Below, piece after piece: positions 62,259 to 64,000 of a DNA stretch of 64,000 bases (position 1 is its first letter; the number at the start of each line of letters is the position of its first letter). The position numbers and the translations under genes were made by a program. The stretch is from an uncultured Methylomirabilota bacterium. Lineage in GTDB: Bacteria > Methylomirabilota > Methylomirabilia > Methylomirabilales > 2-02-FULL-66-22. The notes under the pieces were generated by a model. It saw nothing but the letters and a program-made list of their open reading frames with translations. It was not told the DNA's origin and searched no databases. Where the stretch lies: NCBI GenBank assembly GCA_963705305.1, contig OY970067.1:1632001-1696000 (forward strand). Reading direction: 5' to 3'.

Positions 62259-64000
62259 CTAAATGTCTTGCCTATGATAAAGTTGCTGAACATGTTCACA
62301 CCAGTTCCCAACGTTCCACACACCGTAAGCGCCTAACCCTCCAAGGGGGTGCGGTCCATAATATACCGGCACATGAACCAGCGACAAGCCTTCATACTTG
62401 GAGGCGTCGATGAGAGCCTTTCGAAGGGAGTCGGGAGTGTTCCCGCCGTCCAAGCACCGCAGTCCCGGAATAACCGAACCCAACCGGAGATAGTTCACAC
62501 GCACCGAGCTGCTAGTGCGAAACGCATGGCCGTACTGAGCCTCCTGCAATCCTGAAATGGCTGCCATTCGGCAGTTATCCAAGAGCAGGATTGTCCCGCG
62601 CACACCGTGCTCCACACCGTCCAGCAGGACCTGAGGATTCATGATAAATGAGCCCTCGCCACTGAAAGCAATCCCGTATTGCGGTGCATCAGCAATCGCC
62701 GACGCAAGCAGGGCACTCACTGCAAACCCCATATAGGAGGCACCCGTCTCAGTAATGGTCTGCATTGGCTCATCGTCTTCTACCACTTGAAATCCTACCG
62801 CCTGTACATCTCCCGCATCAAAATACTTGACCGCGCCAATCTCCTTGGCAAAATCCGCGGCGATTTTGATCGCCGCGGGCTGGGTCAGGACGTGACCTCC
62901 CCACAAATCATCCCAGAGAGCAGGATTGGCGTACCGCTCTGCCTTAAACCCCTCCCACTCTCGCTTTTTCTCGGCAGCCAGTTGCAACCAACTGGCCCCT
63001 TGCTCTCGATCAGTCCCACCGTGTTGTTCCAGAGCAGCAAGAAGCTGACGGATCACAACACCAATGTCGCCTGCCAAAGCGACTGTGCGGTTGTAATGCG
63101 TTGCATCTGTCAGATCCGCATTGATATTTATCACACCGTCAACCGAGGCATAGGCGGTGCCTGAACAGTCCGCTTGGCACACACCACGTGACCCGATTAC
63201 GATAAGTAGGTCCGCTTGGCTCGTCATGAAATTCCCCGACAGCGAGCCCTTGCTCCCACCTACTCCCATGTTCCGCGGGTCGCCACGTGCCAGGATTCCT
63301 AACGCCCCGGGTGACAGAACGGCGACCCCATTCACCGCCTGAACCAGGGCCCGGATCTCAGACGGAAACAAGCGGCCACCCCCACCGACCTTCATGATGA
63401 TCCGGTGATGAGTCTGAATTAATTCGACGGCTTTCTCTAGGACATGGGCATCGCCCACAGCCGCCGGCGGCGCTGTGATGGCATCCGGCAAAGCGCGCAA
63501 GTTAAGCACCACCTGCATTGGCTGGGTATTCAAGGGCAGGAGCAAAAAGAAGGGAACGGCTCGGAAAGAGCGGTGCACTGCAATACTCCCCCGACGCAAA
63601 GCCGCCCGCAATGCCTCCGGCGTATGCAAGGTGTAAGACTCCCCCATCAGCGCCGTCAGTTGCCCGAAAAGGCCCTGGACATGCTTGGGGATGGCCTGCA
63701 TGTTCGGACCTTCCCCGTGGGTTGTCTCATCCCCATAGATATGGTAGAGACCGATCCCGTTGGAGACGGCAGCGAGCGAGCCAGCAAATGCCTGCAGGGC
63801 ACCAGGGCCAATAGAGGTCACCACCGCCGGCGTCTCACCATACTGCCATTTGAGCGTGGTTGCCGCATGCGCCATGGCCGTTTCGTGTCGAAAATTGAAC
63901 GTCCGCGTTAGCCCAGCCTCTTCATAGACGCGAAGCACCTCACCCAAATCGGTGGACCCATGTCCAAACACAACGAGGTACTTTCGCACCCCTTGTTTGA
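62259..64000 (-). CDS. Thiamine-diphosphate-dependent enzyme, IolD-like; start lies beyond the right edge
   Basis: VFGHG, RHE, TSIGPG, GVGGSKG and the ThDP-site FSGEGSF...LLDN motifs. Confidence 0.85.
   Translation of the reverse strand, partial: KQGVRKYLVVFGHGSTDLGEVLRVYEEAGLTRTFNFRHETAMAHAATTLKWQYGETPAVVTSIGPGALQAFAGSLAAVSNGIGLYHIYGDETTHGEGPNMQAIPKHVQGLFGQLTALMGESYTLHTPEALRAALRRGSIAVHRSFRAVPFFLLLPLNTQPMQVVLNLRALPDAITAPPAAVGDAHVLEKAVELIQTHHRIIMKVGGGGRLFPSEIRALVQAVNGVAVLSPGALGILARGDPRNMGVGGSKGSLSGNFMTSQADLLIVIGSRGVCQADCSGTAYASVDGVININADLTDATHYNRTVALAGDIGVVIRQLLAALEQHGGTDREQGASWLQLAAEKKREWEGFKAERYANPALWDDLWGGHVLTQPAAIKIAADFAKEIGAVKYFDAGDVQAVGFQVVEDDEPMQTITETGASYMGFAVSALLASAIADAPQYGIAFSGEGSFIMNPQVLLDGVEHGVRGTILLLDNCRMAAISGLQEAQYGHAFRTSSSVRVNYLRLGSVIPGLRCLDGGNTPDSLRKALIDASKYEGLSLVHVPVYYGPHPLGGLGAYGVWNVGNWCEHVQQLYHRQDI

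Noticed and set aside
1..64000. CRISPR array, integron cassettes, retron/reverse transcriptase, phage or defence genes
   Set aside because: No regularly spaced repeats, attC series, RT, Cas, integrase or phage motifs were seen on reading.

Overview
This GC-rich bacterial window contains no recognisable housekeeping genes. It reads as a mosaic genomic island of catabolic modules separated by many intact, nested and decayed IS elements (IS3, IS5, IS481-like integrase-core, ISH6/ISLre2-like, IS200, IS1634, IS110). Its left boundary is marked by a 3' half of tRNA-Val(TAC) at 2533-2575, flanked on both sides by integrase-arm-like direct repeats. The cargo includes: a fused TRAP DctQM with a HutC regulator; a sugar-acid-like set (DUF6282 hydrolase, SDR, two HpcH aldolases, a binding protein); a FadR-headed operon with iadA, a 2-hydroxyacid dehydrogenase, a cyclase, an IT transporter and an A-only hydantoinase; a lower-GC module (Liv ABC, Rid, NAD(P)-binding protein, hydantoinase A+B); an Opp transporter with an opine/D-hydroxyproline-oxidase-like trio; a tdh module; and an IolD-like ThDP enzyme. 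Three observations stand out. (1) Five separate 1-nt insertions at four loci all convert GACGTC to GACGTTC/GAACGTC. This suggests a motif-specific, probably methylation-linked signal and means four apparent pseudogenes are probably intact. (2) Repairing one of these reveals a 287-aa protein I do not recognise, made of two copies of an HxH..TSxHPD domain, next to tdh and a Tat-exported binding protein. (3) A 92-aa small protein upstream of tdh carries a duplicated PVGx[FY]DYLG motif. All family calls come from motif recognition by eye; no database searches were run.
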